Source: Cyanophora paradoxa CCMP329
Taxonomy: Eukaryota; Plantae; Glaucophyta
Reading direction: 5' to 3'
Length of the DNA stretch: 64,000 nucleotides
Assembly (NCBI GenBank): GCA_004431415.1
Contig: QPMI01000005.1
Location: forward strand, 1,255,170-1,319,169
A program made the position numbers and the translations under genes. This document shows positions 1 to 9,486 of this stretch, in pieces; within the stretch, counting starts at the first letter, position 1, and each line of letters starts with the position of its first letter. The notes below the pieces were generated by a model. That model had not been told where the DNA came from. It was given only the letters and a program-made list of their open reading frames with translations, and did no database searches.

Positions 1-3000
1 CGGCGTAGCACGTCGTGGCACTCGAACTCGGCGTCCTCCCCGAGGGCGGCGAGCGTCTCGGGCAGCATGTCCACGTGCGGGTTCGTGGGCGGGTCCGGGC
101 GCGCCGCCGCCTCCTCTTCCTCTGGCGTCGCGTTTCGCCCCTCTTTCCGTCGCTCCATGGCCGCCTTCTTTGCCCGTTTGACCTTGCGTTCGAGCGCGTC
201 CCGCGCCGCCACGATTGTGGCGGCGAGGTTGACCCGACCGAGGCGGCGGGCAAGGGCCTCGGCCCGTTCGACTTCGTCCGTTTCCATCCCGGTCCGCCGC
301 CGCCTCTCTTGGGCGCGCCGCACGATGCACGCCGCCGCGAAACGGGTTCCCGTCATCAGGGACCGGCCCTCGAGGCGACGGGGCTCATCGTTGCTCTTCG
401 GACCGCCCTTGCCCCCGTTGGTCGCGAGCGGGACGCCCAGCAGCTCGTGCGCCCACCGCAAGATCTCGTACATGGTCCGGCGGAGCTCCTTGACCGCCAT
501 GGCGCACCCCAGGGGCCGCCCGTGCGCGTCCGCCGTCGCGCCCAGGGCGCGCAGGCGTGCGGCCTCGGTCAGGATCGCGGCGTCGTCGGCGCCCTCCGGA
601 ACCATCACGGTAAACGGGGCCGCAGAGCGCAGCTGGGCAAGCCGTCGGACCCACAGGACCGCCCGCTCGCGCGCCACGTCGGCGGCCTCGGCCAGGGCCG
701 CCGCCACCCGGCCGGAGAGGTCGCGGCCGAGGGTAAACGGATCTTGTCCCTCGCAGAGCGTCCCCAGCGCCGCCGTCGCCTCGCCCCCGCGGGGCGCGCC
801 CGGCACGAGGGCGGTCCGGAGGGCGTCCCGCCCCGCGAGCATTGCCCGCAGCTCCTCGAGGTCGACGCGCGCCACGTCCGCGTCCGACGGTGCGGGAACG
901 CCGCCGTACAGGGCGGCGCGGGCGGCGCGGCGGTGCGCGGGGCGGAGCAGGGCCCTGCGGAGCGCCTTGACCGCCTCGGCCGGGTTGATGGGCCCGCCGT
1001 TGTCGGCCTTCCAGGGGTAGCGGCCCGCGTTGAGGAGATCGGTGCATCGCGACGACTCTAGAGCGGCGAGATACCCGCCGACGAGGGCGGGATCGACGGC
1101 GATGCAGCCCAGCAGGGCGGCGGCGAGGTGGTCCGGGAGGAGCGACCGCGAGAGGGCCTCGACGGCAACGCGCTTGGCGGCCGGACCCGTAACGCACAGG
1201 CCTGCGCCCTCGATCACGAGCTGCGCGAGCGGGGCCGCCCCGGGCGCCCCGTCGGCGTCCGTCCCGTCGACGTCCGCAAGGGCCCGCAGCGCCGGCAGCG
1301 TCGCGCAGCCGGTCAGGCGGAGAATCTCTACGGCACCGCGCGACTCGTGAAGCAGGTCCCTGTAATCCCGTGAGTGCGACGAGGAGCCGTTCCAGCCGAG
1401 CTCGCCGCACATGCCGCCACGGAAGAGCCAACGGATCGTGTCGTGCAGGGCGAGTTCAAACTTGCGCTTTCGCCGTCCCGCCGGGTCCTGGGCGTACCTC
1501 AGGGCCTCGTCCACGCCAACCTCCTCGCTGCGCGAGAGCGCCAGCGAGGTCGACGCAAACGCGAGGTCGGCGGCGTGCCGCTCGGCGTCGCAAAAGTGGA
1601 CGGTCCGGTGGGCCCGCACATCGTTGTATATCTCGCTCGCGGGGCACGGCCCGCGGCCGACCGCGCACACCTCCTCCTCGACCGGCAGCGGCCGCGCGCC
1701 GAGCAGCGGGTGGGCCATAAAGTGGAGCTTGTAGGCCTGGTGGAGCGCGTCGATCTCCGCCCCGACCCGCTTCTGGTCGAGAAAGTCGACGACGGCGACT
1801 CCGATCCCCATCCCGCCGCGCTTGCGAAGCTTGACGTCGTAGGCCAGGATGATGGAGCGCCGCGAGTGCGATTCGAGGGCCATCTGACGGGCCTGCGCCT
1901 CGAGCACCGCGGCGCCGAGCGAGCCGCGCAGCCGCGTCTTCCCCCCGAGCGGATTCCGGCAGCTGTAGGAACGGACTCCGGCGTCGATCTCCCGGACGTG
2001 TCGCTCGCTGTGGGCCCGCACCTGGGCGCGGCGGTCCGCCAGGATCTCGTCCGCGCGGAGCAGGTCGGACGTCGGCTCGGCGCGCAGCGAGCAGAAGAGG
2101 AGGGCGATCGTGGCGAGGAACCATCGAAGGCGCGGCGTGAGCTGGAACGACAGGTTCACGTCGCCGAGGGCGCCGCCGTGGACGGCGATGCAGCGGTCGA
2201 AGCGGACTCGAGGATCGTTGACGGACGTTCCCTGGGCGACCTGCGCGCGGTGGGTCGGTACGGGGAAAATAACGGTAAAACGGTAAACGGAGAATGGAGG
2301 GGGCGGGGGTGGGCGGACCGTGGAGTTGTACAGGATGATATCGGCGTCGGCAAACGCCTCGGCGCTGCGGAAGACGAACCGCTCGGAATCCTCGCATCCT
2401 CCGACCACGATCTTGATGCGGATGTGCCTGAGTTCCGGGATCGCCTCGAGGACGCTTGCGATCCGAAAGAGCTCGTCCTTGGTCGTGCAGGAGATGACCT
2501 GCTTGTCGCCCACGAGGGCGTACGCGGCCACGAGGAGGGGTGCGTCCGCAACCTCCGCCGCGGTCCAGGTGTGCCGCAGGTTGCCGCCGTCCCGCTTCTG
2601 GTAGAGCAGGACGGACGTGTCGTGCTGCTTGCGCCGGCGGGCCAGGCGCTCGAGCTCCGCGCGCTCGCCGTCCGCCTCGATCGCGTCGTCCTCGGCGGCG
2701 CCCATCGGCTCGTCCTGGATCGTGGAGGTCACGCCCTCGGGTCCCTCGAGGCCCGCGTCGAGGAGCTTGAGGAAGAACGTGAGCGTCGGGACGGAAAGGT
2801 CCGCGTCGGCGATGAGCGTGACGTACGACTCGCCGAGCTTTATCGCGATGGCGGCGACGGCCTGCTGCCGCCGATCGTCCTTGGAGAGCGTCGCGCCGTT
2901 GGCCAGGATCGCGAGGAGCTTCCCGACCTCGTCCAGGAACGCGCTGTCGTGCCGGTTTACCCCGCTGTGATCGACAAAGTGACGGGCGCTCTCCAACGTC

Positions 3001-4422
3001 GTCGCGAGGTTCTCGGGAAACGCTCCCCGCTCCGGCCAGGGCCCGTGGCTCGCGCTCGAGTACGGGATCCATGCCGCCTCCTCCCGTCCCGAGAGCACGT
3101 CCTTGTAGCGGGTCTCGTTAACGAGCTCGTCCTGCTGCGCCCTCGAGTTGAGAAATACCAAGAGCTTCACATTGTTCCCGTCCCGTCCCGACCGCCCGAC
3201 GATCTCGGGGTTCTCCTGGAGCAGCTTCCAGACGAACGTGGACGCCTCCGTTTTGCCCCTCCCCATGCCCAATGGTAGGGCCACGATGATGCGCCGCGCC
3301 CCGGCCTCGCGCCGCGCCTGCACCTCGTTCCAGATGAGGTCGTAATCCACGTACAGGCTCCCGTCGTTTTCGTCCCGAATCACTCCGTCGACGACGTCGA
3401 CCAGATCGTCGGGACTCGCGAGGGCATCCGCCAAGAATGCGTCGATCTCGTCGGGCGGCGGGAGCTGCCGCGCCACGGCGAGCGGCCCGCTGACGGTCTT
3501 CTTTTGCTCCTTGTCGAGGGCGGCGTACTCTTGCGCGATTTCCTTCGGGAGCAGGCTCTTTGACGCGCCGCTCGCGATGTCAATGGCGACCGGAATCGCG
3601 GCCTTGGCCGCGTCCTGCAGGAGGTCCGAACCCCTGCCCGCCTTGGCGAATCTCCGCCGGGCCGTGGCACCCAGGCGCGCCGTCGTTACGCGCGGGGCGC
3701 CCGCGGCGGCGGGATCGCCGCAGAGGCGGCGGTCCATGTCCCCCTCGACGAGGCGCAGCGCCTCGAGGTGCACGTACGGCGGGTGAAACTCGAAGAGCGC
3801 GCTTTTGAGGTCGGAGGAGTCGATCCCGGCGCCCTGGCGGCAGTGGTAGCACGGAAGGAGGACGCTCCGCTCCCGTACCGAGTCGACGATGAGCTTGCCC
3901 GCGCGGCCCGCCGCGCCGCACGCGGGGCACGGCAGCCGGACCGTGTACTCGAGCGAGTTGGTCCAGACCTCCACGGTCAGCGTCGCCGCCGCGACAGAGG
4001 CCGGTCCGCTCGGGGCCGGACGGGCGGACCGAAACCACCTGCTTGCCGCGTCGGCGCGCCCTCGGGTCGCGATGGCCCCCAGCGCCGCCACGATCATTCC
4101 GCGCTCCTCCTGCGTTGCCTGGACGGCGAGTCCGCGCACCTCCCAGGGCTCTTCCGCGTCGCGGACGGGAAGGGCCTCTGCAAACTTCCGCATGGAGGGC
4201 ATCATCCAGTTGTAGAACGATTGCCGCGCCGCGACGCAGGCGGGGTCCTCGGCCCCCGTGTGGATCGTGATGCCCTCGCGCCCCGCCTTGCTGGCGAGCA
4301 TGCGGTGGTCCGGAATGCGCGTGGCGTGTTGCGCGAACCGGGCGTGAACGTCGCCCGAGACTGCGGCAGGCCCCGGCATGGAGCACGGGATTTTGCGTAA
4401 AAAATTGGGCAGGTCGCTCGTC
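1..4422. repeat. Copy 1 of long direct repeat (unit length ~59.58 kb; circular overlap or tandem element copy)
   Basis: Window start 'cggcgtagcacgtcgtggca' recurs at 59585. Identity continues to the window end (64000 corresponds to ~4422), differing by scattered 1-nt indels. Confidence 0.97.
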
Positions 4423-5036
4423 GTCATTCCCGCGCGGTGCGCGTAGAGGCGGCCCAGAGGAATGAAGTAAAATCTCGTGGGGCCCTCGTAAAACTCGAAG
4501 ATGAGAAACCCGCCGGCGCCGTCGTACTCGAGATGAAAGGGGATCTTCCACTCGCGCAGCTTTTCACACCGCTGGAAGACCGCGTTGGCCACCATCCGAA
4601 CGTCGGCCCGCGCCTGGATGAGCGCCTCGAGCGGGGCGTTGCGCACGGCGCCGAGCGCCTTGCACAGGGCGATCTTGTCGTGCTGAAGGCCTTCGGGACG
4701 GCAGTGCGAGATGCACATCTGACGTACCAGCCAAAGTCGATTGTGTGCGGGGACGGCAAAGAGGTTGGCGAAACGACCGGATGGGGCCCTCGCGACCGTT
4801 GTCCAGGGCGTCCACTTTTGGTCGGCGAGTACGAAAACGGGAGAGTTACCTTGTGACGGGTCCGAAATAGTGCCGGCGGGTCGAGAGGCGCTCTCGGGGA
4901 TCTTGTCGAAATCCATGGTGTCGGGGTCAGTCGCACAGTCGGCCTCGGCGGCAGATGCAATGCGCTTGGAAGGTCCCTCGCCGTGGGGCCGGGACGGGCT
5001 CCTCGTGCGCTTGAGAGGCGCCGCGGGACTCGCCAT
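1..5036 (-). CDS. Replication origin-binding protein (herpes UL9-like SF2 helicase), ~1840 aa when joined to 59098-59584
   Basis: ATG at 5036 (MASPAAPLKR...), same frame to the window edge. Motifs IVALPLGMGRGKT (Walker A), LVFLNSRAQQDEL, TTLESARHF, AFLDEVGKLL (Walker B), IADADLS, DIILYNSTV-AQGTSVND and FQLTPRLR follow the UL9/OBP motif order. CPACG..CYHC Zn knuckle upstream. Probable in-frame 78-nt intron 2241-2318. Confidence 0.8.
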   Translation of the reverse strand, partial: MASPAAPLKRTRSPSRPHGEGPSKRIASAAEADCATDPDTMDFDKIPESASRPAGTISDPSQGNSPVFVLADQKWTPWTTVARAPSGRFANLFAVPAHNRLWLVRQMCISHCRPEGLQHDKIALCKALGAVRNAPLEALIQARADVRMVANAVFQRCEKLREWKIPFHLEYDGAGGFLIFEFYEGPTRFYFIPLGRLYAHRAGMTTSDLPNFLRKIPCSMPGPAAVSGDVHARFAQHATRIPDHRMLASKAGREGITIHTGAEDPACVAARQSFYNWMMPSMRKFAEALPVRDAEEPWEVRGLAVQATQEERGMIVAALGAIATRGRADAASRWFRSARPAPSGPASVAAATLTVEVWTNSLEYTVRLPCPACGAAGRAGKLIVDSVRERSVLLPCYHCRQGAGIDSSDLKSALFEFHPPYVHLEALRLVEGDMDRRLCGDPAAAGAPRVTTARLGATARRRFAKAGRGSDLLQDAAKAAIPVAIDIASGASKSLLPKEIAQEYAALDKEQKKTVSGPLAVARQLPPPDEIDAFLADALASPDDLVDVVDGVIRDENDGSLYVDYDLIWNEVQARREAGARRIIVALPLGMGRGKTEASTFVWKLLQENPEIVGRSGRDGNNVKLLVFLNSRAQQDELVNETRYKDVLSGREEAAWIPYSSASHGPWPERGAFPENLATTLESARHFVDHSGVNRHDSAFLDEVGKLLAILANGATLSKDDRRQQAVAAIAIKLGESYVTLIADADLSVPTLTFFLKLLDAGLEGPEGVTSTIQDEPMGAAEDDAIEADGERAELERLARRRKQHDTSVLLYQKRDGGNLRHTWTAAEVADAPLLVAAYALVGDKQVISCTTKDELFRIASVLEAIPELRHIRIKIVVGGCEDSERFVFRSAEAFADADIILYNSTVRPPPPPPFSVYRFTVIFPVPTHRAQVAQGTSVNDPRVRFDRCIAVHGGALGDVNLSFQLTPRLRWFLATIALLFCSLRAEPTSDLLRADEILADRRAQVRAHSERHVREIDAGVRSYSCRNPLGGKTRLRGSLGAAVLEAQARQMALESHSRRSIILAYDVKLRKRGGMGIGVAVVDFLDQKRVGAEIDALHQAYKLHFMAHPLLGARPLPVEEEVCAVGRGPCPASEIYNDVRAHRTVHFCDAERHAADLAFASTSLALSRSEEVGVDEALRYAQDPAGRRKRKFELALHDTIRWLFRGGMCGELGWNGSSSHSRDYRDLLHESRGAVEILRLTGCATLPALRALADVDGTDADGAPGAAPLAQLVIEGAGLCVTGPAAKRVAVEALSRSLLPDHLAAALLGCIAVDPALVGGYLAALESSRCTDLLNAGRYPWKADNGGPINPAEAVKALRRALLRPAHRRAARAALYGGVPAPSDADVARVDLEELRAMLAGRDALRTALVPGAPRGGEATAALGTLCEGQDPFTLGRDLSGRVAAALAEAADVARERAVLWVRRLAQLRSAAPFTVMVPEGADDAAILTEAARLRALGATADAHGRPLGCAMAVKELRRTMYEILRWAHELLGVPLATNGGKGGPKSNDEPRRLEGRSLMTGTRFAAACIVRRAQERRRRTGMETDEVERAEALARRLGRVNLAATIVAARDALERKVKRAKKAAMERRKEGRNATPEEEEAAARPDPPTNPHVDMLPETLAALGEDAEFECHDVLR

Positions 5037-5096
5037 GCGTCGACCACCGGTCGCGTGGGTTCGGTGAGGCACGTCCCCCTTCGCCTCGGGCACCGT

Positions 5097-5104
5097 CTTT
5101 TATA
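5097..5104 (-). promoter_or_regulatory. TATAAAAG box upstream of the helicase
   Basis: About 60 nt upstream of the ATG. The same (T/C)ATAAAAG precedes the primase (8869-8876, -), F-box (17175-17182), Zn-finger (52823-52830), MORC (55925-55932, -) and 57418 gene (57329-57336). Confidence 0.7.
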
Positions 5105-5232
5105 GGTTACGAGGTCCCCACGCCCGTCCCCATGCACGCGGGGGGACGGCCCCTCCCCCCTCGATCGGCGGAATTGTGTCGTGCGGCAATCGAGTACCCG
5201 TCCGAGACGAGCGTCAAAAGATGCGTCCCATT

Positions 5233-5299
5233 CTATTTTTAGGTACACTAGTTAAGTGCCGCAGTAGTTGAGTTCCGGTACAGTAGTTAAGTGCCGCAG
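5233..5299. promoter_or_regulatory. Solo copy of the origin iteron in the helicase/RING divergent promoter
   Basis: ctatttttaggtacactagttaagtgccgcagtagttgagttccgg closely matches ctatttttaggtacagtagtttagtgctacagtagttgagttccgg at 56119-56164. Confidence 0.8.
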
Positions 5300-5515
5300 G
5301 TTCGTGCCCGGTCCGTCGGACGGTCGTATTTTCGGTTCAACGGTTTTCACGCACCCAAAATCCCGATCGACAGGTGCATTTTTCGCGCCCTTCATCGGCA
5401 TCGCAATAAGCATGAGGACCCGCTGCGACAAGATTCTGCGAAAGCTATATATAGATCAACTCCCAGGAGCCTTCTGGCGGTTCCTGCGGCGCTTTATTCT
5501 CGTCCCGATCGCGCG

Positions 5516-6379
5516 ATGCATGACACGCAACCGTGCCGCTCCCCCTCGGATCGACTCCAACCGTTCTGCTGCCCTCTGCACCCGGACACTCCGGCCGCAC
5601 CGGCGAGTCCCCGGCCCCTGGAGCACCACCGTCCTACGGCGAGCCCCGAGCACTCGCTGGCTCGCACCCTCTCGTTTACCCGCGCCGAGATCGGGGCGCT
5701 CGGTCTCGTCGAGGTCGTCCTGGGGGATCGAATGTGCAGCGGCGCGCGCGTGTGGGATTCCCAGCGCCGCAGCGCGCCGCCCGGCGCGGAGAAGCTCCTC
5801 GAGCGCTACCGGGGCGACGGTTATCTCTTCTACGATGCCGATGCCGGCGCGATCGCCGTCCCCGTCCTCCTGCGTTGGAGACCGATCCTCGGAGGCCCGG
5901 ACTGCGAGATTGCAGCGGCGAGCGTGTCGATTGACGGCGATCCCGCCGCCGACCACGCGGCCCTCGTCGCGTTTTCCGAGCTTGGGCGCATCTGCCGGAT
6001 ACTCGAGACGGTGTCATACGTCCCACCCAGCGATCGCCGCCTCGGTCACGGCGTCGAGTGCGCCATCTGCTGCGAGCCCCACGCGCGGCCCGTCGAGCTC
6101 TCCCCGTGCAAGCACGTCTTTTGCCTGGCGTGCGTCGTCCGGCTCTCGGCTGAGCCCCGCCCCCTCGCGTGCCCGGCGTGCCGCGCCGTCCCGTCCGGCA
6201 TTGCGCTGCTCGAGAAGGAGCACATGGGCCGTTGGCGGGACGACGCGGCCGGCTACCTCGCCCGCCTCGCCGACGCGGCGACGTGCCTCCCCGCCCGGCT
6301 ACCCCGCGCTTTTCGCGCCCTCTGCGCGGATCCCCGCTGGCTGCTGGCGGGAGATCGCGCGCCCGGACGCGCGCATTGA
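5516..6379 (+). CDS. C3HC4 RING-finger protein (putative E3 ligase)
   Basis: CAICCEPHARPVELSPCKHVFCLACVVRLSAEPRPLACPACR. First in-frame ATG at 5516, with TATATATA at ~5446. Confidence 0.8.
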   Translation: MHDTQPCRSPSDRLQPFCCPLHPDTPAAPASPRPLEHHRPTASPEHSLARTLSFTRAEIGALGLVEVVLGDRMCSGARVWDSQRRSAPPGAEKLLERYRGDGYLFYDADAGAIAVPVLLRWRPILGGPDCEIAAASVSIDGDPAADHAALVAFSELGRICRILETVSYVPPSDRRLGHGVECAICCEPHARPVELSPCKHVFCLACVVRLSAEPRPLACPACRAVPSGIALLEKEHMGRWRDDAAGYLARLADAATCLPARLPRAFRALCADPRWLLAGDRAPGRAH

Positions 6380-6462
6380 GGGAACGTTTGCGAAACATGC
6401 TGTAAAATCGAGTGATATTTGCAAAAGATACGGGCGGGGTAAATTAAGATACAAGCGGGGCC

Positions 6463-8832
6463 CTACGTGGCGGCTTTGAGTCGCTTGGACGGGGGCTCGA
6501 TGGGAGCTGCGCCGCCACCGACCATCTCGTACGCGTGGTCGGTGCAAAAGTCCGTGCAGTTTTCGCGGAGGCAGGCCCGCTTCACGGATCCCTTTTCCAG
6601 GTTGAGCTTGAAGTAAATGGGCCCCGCGCCCTTGTGCGGGTCGATCTTGTGCGCTTTGGGATGGTTGGGGTTGGTGTGGAACATGGTGCACACGAACCAG
6701 CTCGAGTTCCACGCGCAAAGAAGGCTCCCGTCGTCGATCCTAGCTTTGAATTTCGGCCCGCGCCTGTCGTCGGAATCGCGCATCCCGTAGGCCTCTAGCA
6801 CATCCTTCTCCTCGTCCGTCCCCATGACGTCGAAGAAGCGTCGTCGAAACAGTTTCGAGCACAGGTAGCGCCGGAGCAGATCCCTTCCGCGCTCCTCCTG
6901 CTCTCGAGTGCAGGGTCCGTACTCGACCTTTTCCGACTCCTGTTGGCCGGGCACTTTTACTCCACCTCCGACCTTGTCCGATCGTGCATACTTTTGAATC
7001 CGCTCGAGCGCCTCTGGCGGGAGCGGTGTCGGCGTCCAGCCCGGCAGGGGCCGCATGCAGGCGGCCTGGAGGAGCGGAAGGGAGAGGGTACGGAGCCGCC
7101 CCCCGTAGCGCGCCTCGTCGGGCTGCCCGTCGGGTCCCACCGCCGCGAGGAGGCCCATGACGCTGCTCGGGACGGTCTCCCACCACACGGACGGCTTGGC
7201 GCCGGCGATGTTGCTCCGTTTTTCGCGCTTTGCCGCGCCGAGCATGCGCAGGCTGTGTTTCGCGCTCTCGAGTGGCTGGAGGTCCAGCTTTCCGCCGGCC
7301 CACAGTCCGTCCTCGCTCCGGAGCGCCCTCGCAATGGCCGCGTTGTTCGCGCAGCTGGTCTTCAGGTCCGGAAACGCGATGTGCGTCGACTTTCGCGCCG
7401 GGTTGCCCAGCGCGAGGATGCTGCAAAATTCCGCCGAGATCCCCAGCTTGGTCCGCAGCACCGACTGGATAGCCCGCAACTGGTCGTGCGTCTCGACGAG
7501 CGCGCCGTCGATGTCGAGCTTGAGCCGAACCGCGGGGTCCTTGTCTTCCCGGATCTCGTGCGTGTACCAGGGCGTCCTGGTGTAAATGCAGAGCTGATGA
7601 TTGCGGAGGATGTAGTCGTTGCACCGACGGCGAAAAGCGATCTGCTCCGGCTCGGGGAGGTCCTTGGGCGTCACCGAGAGGTAAAATTCCTGGGGCCGCT
7701 GGAAGAAGAATTCGCGGTGGGACGGCGGCTCCTTGCCCTCCTTGTCCAACTTTCGACCGTACCACTGGTCGTACTCGCAGTCCGCATCCCTGACGAACAC
7801 GCATCCCTCGGTGACCGTGAGGCTGCCCCGCCGGTACACCTTTTCCTCGGCGTCGTTGGGCGCCTTGCACTCGTCCGCCGGCGCGGACGCGACGGCCGTG
7901 GGCTCGGATCCGTCGGCAGCCGGCGCCGTCTTCGGACCCGCCGGACCGAAATCGGCGTGGTCCATGGGCGGTCCCGTGAGCGTCTTGCATTGACCGCGTT
8001 GAAGCGTGGCTTCGAGGAGCCGGTCGCTCAGAACCCCGAACCAGAACAGCTTGATCTCGTTCCGGAGCGACGGATCCGGGTCCCGTTCGGGATTGCGCGA
8101 GAGCGCGGCCCGCGTCGGCCAGAAACCGCTGTCGGGGTGGACCTGCACGTCGGGCTTCACGCCCTTGCGGTTCACAAAGGTGCTGGTGTCGATGAGGTCG
8201 ACGACCTTCCTCGGCTCTACACCGGGCGCTTCGACGACGGCGTCGATGACCTTGGACCCGAAGAGGTCGCGAAGCCAGGAGACGGCGTCCTGCATCCACT
8301 TTCCATCGCGCGGGACGATGGCAAAGCTTCGCGAGACGCTGCGCTCGTGGTCGAAGAGGTTGAACGCGACGCGAAATCCCTTTTTGCCGGTAAAGTAGCG
8401 CAGGACGGTCTGCGCTCCGAGCTGCCGCGCCCGACGGCACACGAGCTCCGACGCCGCGTCGGCCTGGGCGAGCTCGGGGATGGCGGCGCACGCGTCCCCG
8501 ACCGTCGCGCCGTCGGGCGCGTCCTTGAGCCACGCAATCAGCTTGGGATACGAGCCGTGCTCTTTGTCGAACGCGTCAAAGTCGATGACGGTCATGAGAT
8601 GGAGGCGTTCGCCGGTGCCGTCGGAGCGCTCAAACTGGGGGAAAATGAGGCACGACATGGTGAGGGTCGAATTCAGCTGGGTTTCCGACGGAATGGGTCT
8701 CCAGCAATCCTTTGCCGCGTACCAGATGTCCGTCCCGCACTTTCCCGTCGCAACGGATCGCTGGTAAGCCTGGTGGGCGGTCCGCGGCTGCGATTTGGTG
8801 CGCATGCACCAAACGGGGGTGGGCAACGCCAT
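6463..8832 (-). CDS. Archaeo-eukaryotic primase (PrimPol/UL52-like) with tandem AEP domains and C-terminal Zn finger, 789 aa
   Basis: Domain 2: RLKLDIDG, KSTHIAFP, LDLQP..SLRMLGAAK. Zn finger: FVCTMFH...AHK...IYFKLNLEKGSVKRACLRENC. Domain 1: VIDFDAFD, YFTGKKGFRVAF, IDTSTF...KPDVQVHPDSG. Confidence 0.8.
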   Translation of the reverse strand: MALPTPVWCMRTKSQPRTAHQAYQRSVATGKCGTDIWYAAKDCWRPIPSETQLNSTLTMSCLIFPQFERSDGTGERLHLMTVIDFDAFDKEHGSYPKLIAWLKDAPDGATVGDACAAIPELAQADAASELVCRRARQLGAQTVLRYFTGKKGFRVAFNLFDHERSVSRSFAIVPRDGKWMQDAVSWLRDLFGSKVIDAVVEAPGVEPRKVVDLIDTSTFVNRKGVKPDVQVHPDSGFWPTRAALSRNPERDPDPSLRNEIKLFWFGVLSDRLLEATLQRGQCKTLTGPPMDHADFGPAGPKTAPAADGSEPTAVASAPADECKAPNDAEEKVYRRGSLTVTEGCVFVRDADCEYDQWYGRKLDKEGKEPPSHREFFFQRPQEFYLSVTPKDLPEPEQIAFRRRCNDYILRNHQLCIYTRTPWYTHEIREDKDPAVRLKLDIDGALVETHDQLRAIQSVLRTKLGISAEFCSILALGNPARKSTHIAFPDLKTSCANNAAIARALRSEDGLWAGGKLDLQPLESAKHSLRMLGAAKREKRSNIAGAKPSVWWETVPSSVMGLLAAVGPDGQPDEARYGGRLRTLSLPLLQAACMRPLPGWTPTPLPPEALERIQKYARSDKVGGGVKVPGQQESEKVEYGPCTREQEERGRDLLRRYLCSKLFRRRFFDVMGTDEEKDVLEAYGMRDSDDRRGPKFKARIDDGSLLCAWNSSWFVCTMFHTNPNHPKAHKIDPHKGAGPIYFKLNLEKGSVKRACLRENCTDFCTDHAYEMVGGGAAPIEPPSKRLKAAT

Positions 8833-8971
8833 GACGAGGTGGGGCGGACCCCGCCCGTGCGGGGGGCCCTTTTATACGTTCCGGTGGTGGACCGGTCCCC
8901 CCTGCGGGTGACTCTATAAATGGGGCGGACCCCGGGGCCCTCCCCATCCCCCCCCCGCGCGCAATCCGACG

Positions 8972-9385
8972 ATGGGACGGTCCGAGTGGGGCATCCGCAT
9001 CGCCACCAAGTCCGACGCCGAGCTCCTCGCCAGCCGCGTCCGGTGCCACAACAACCCGCCCGAGGAGGCCGACCCGAACGACTACGGAGAGCCCCTCCAG
9101 ATCTACGCGGTTCTCCGGTTCCGAGGCGCGCTGTGGGCGTGCGCGGGCAACGGCGGCGGGCGCGAGAGCACCTCGAAGTTTCTGGCCTCCGTCCTGCCGG
9201 AGCGCATGAAGATCCTCCACCCGTTTCAGAAGCCCAAGGGATGGGACCGCTGCGAGAACTACGCCTGGATGATGCCGGACCCCGACGTTACGGTATCCTA
9301 CGAAGACGCTCCCGAGTTTTCGATCGCTCAGTTTGAGCGGTGGGTTCGGGACGAGATGCCGGCCGGCCCCGGTCGTCGTGTCTAA
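8972..9385 (+). CDS. Hypothetical protein, 137 aa
   Basis: Protein-like composition, ATG start, TATAAA at 8915-8920, divergent from the primase. Confidence 0.65.
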   Translation: MGRSEWGIRIATKSDAELLASRVRCHNNPPEEADPNDYGEPLQIYAVLRFRGALWACAGNGGGRESTSKFLASVLPERMKILHPFQKPKGWDRCENYAWMMPDPDVTVSYEDAPEFSIAQFERWVRDEMPAGPGRRV

Positions 9386-9486
9386 GTGAATGGAAGCCGC
9401 GTTGAAGAGTGCCAGAAGGATCGATTTGAGTGTGTGGTAAATAAAGTCTCGTCGGTCTTTGACGTCCTCGTGAAATGGCACGATCG

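Noticed and set aside
15-4856. Long plus-strand ORFs (e.g. 1374-3278, 67-1020, 4437-4856) and equivalents at 6943-8919 and 59.5-64 kb
   Set aside because: Antisense shadows of the helicase and primase genes in high-GC DNA; Arg/Pro/Gly-rich with no motifs.
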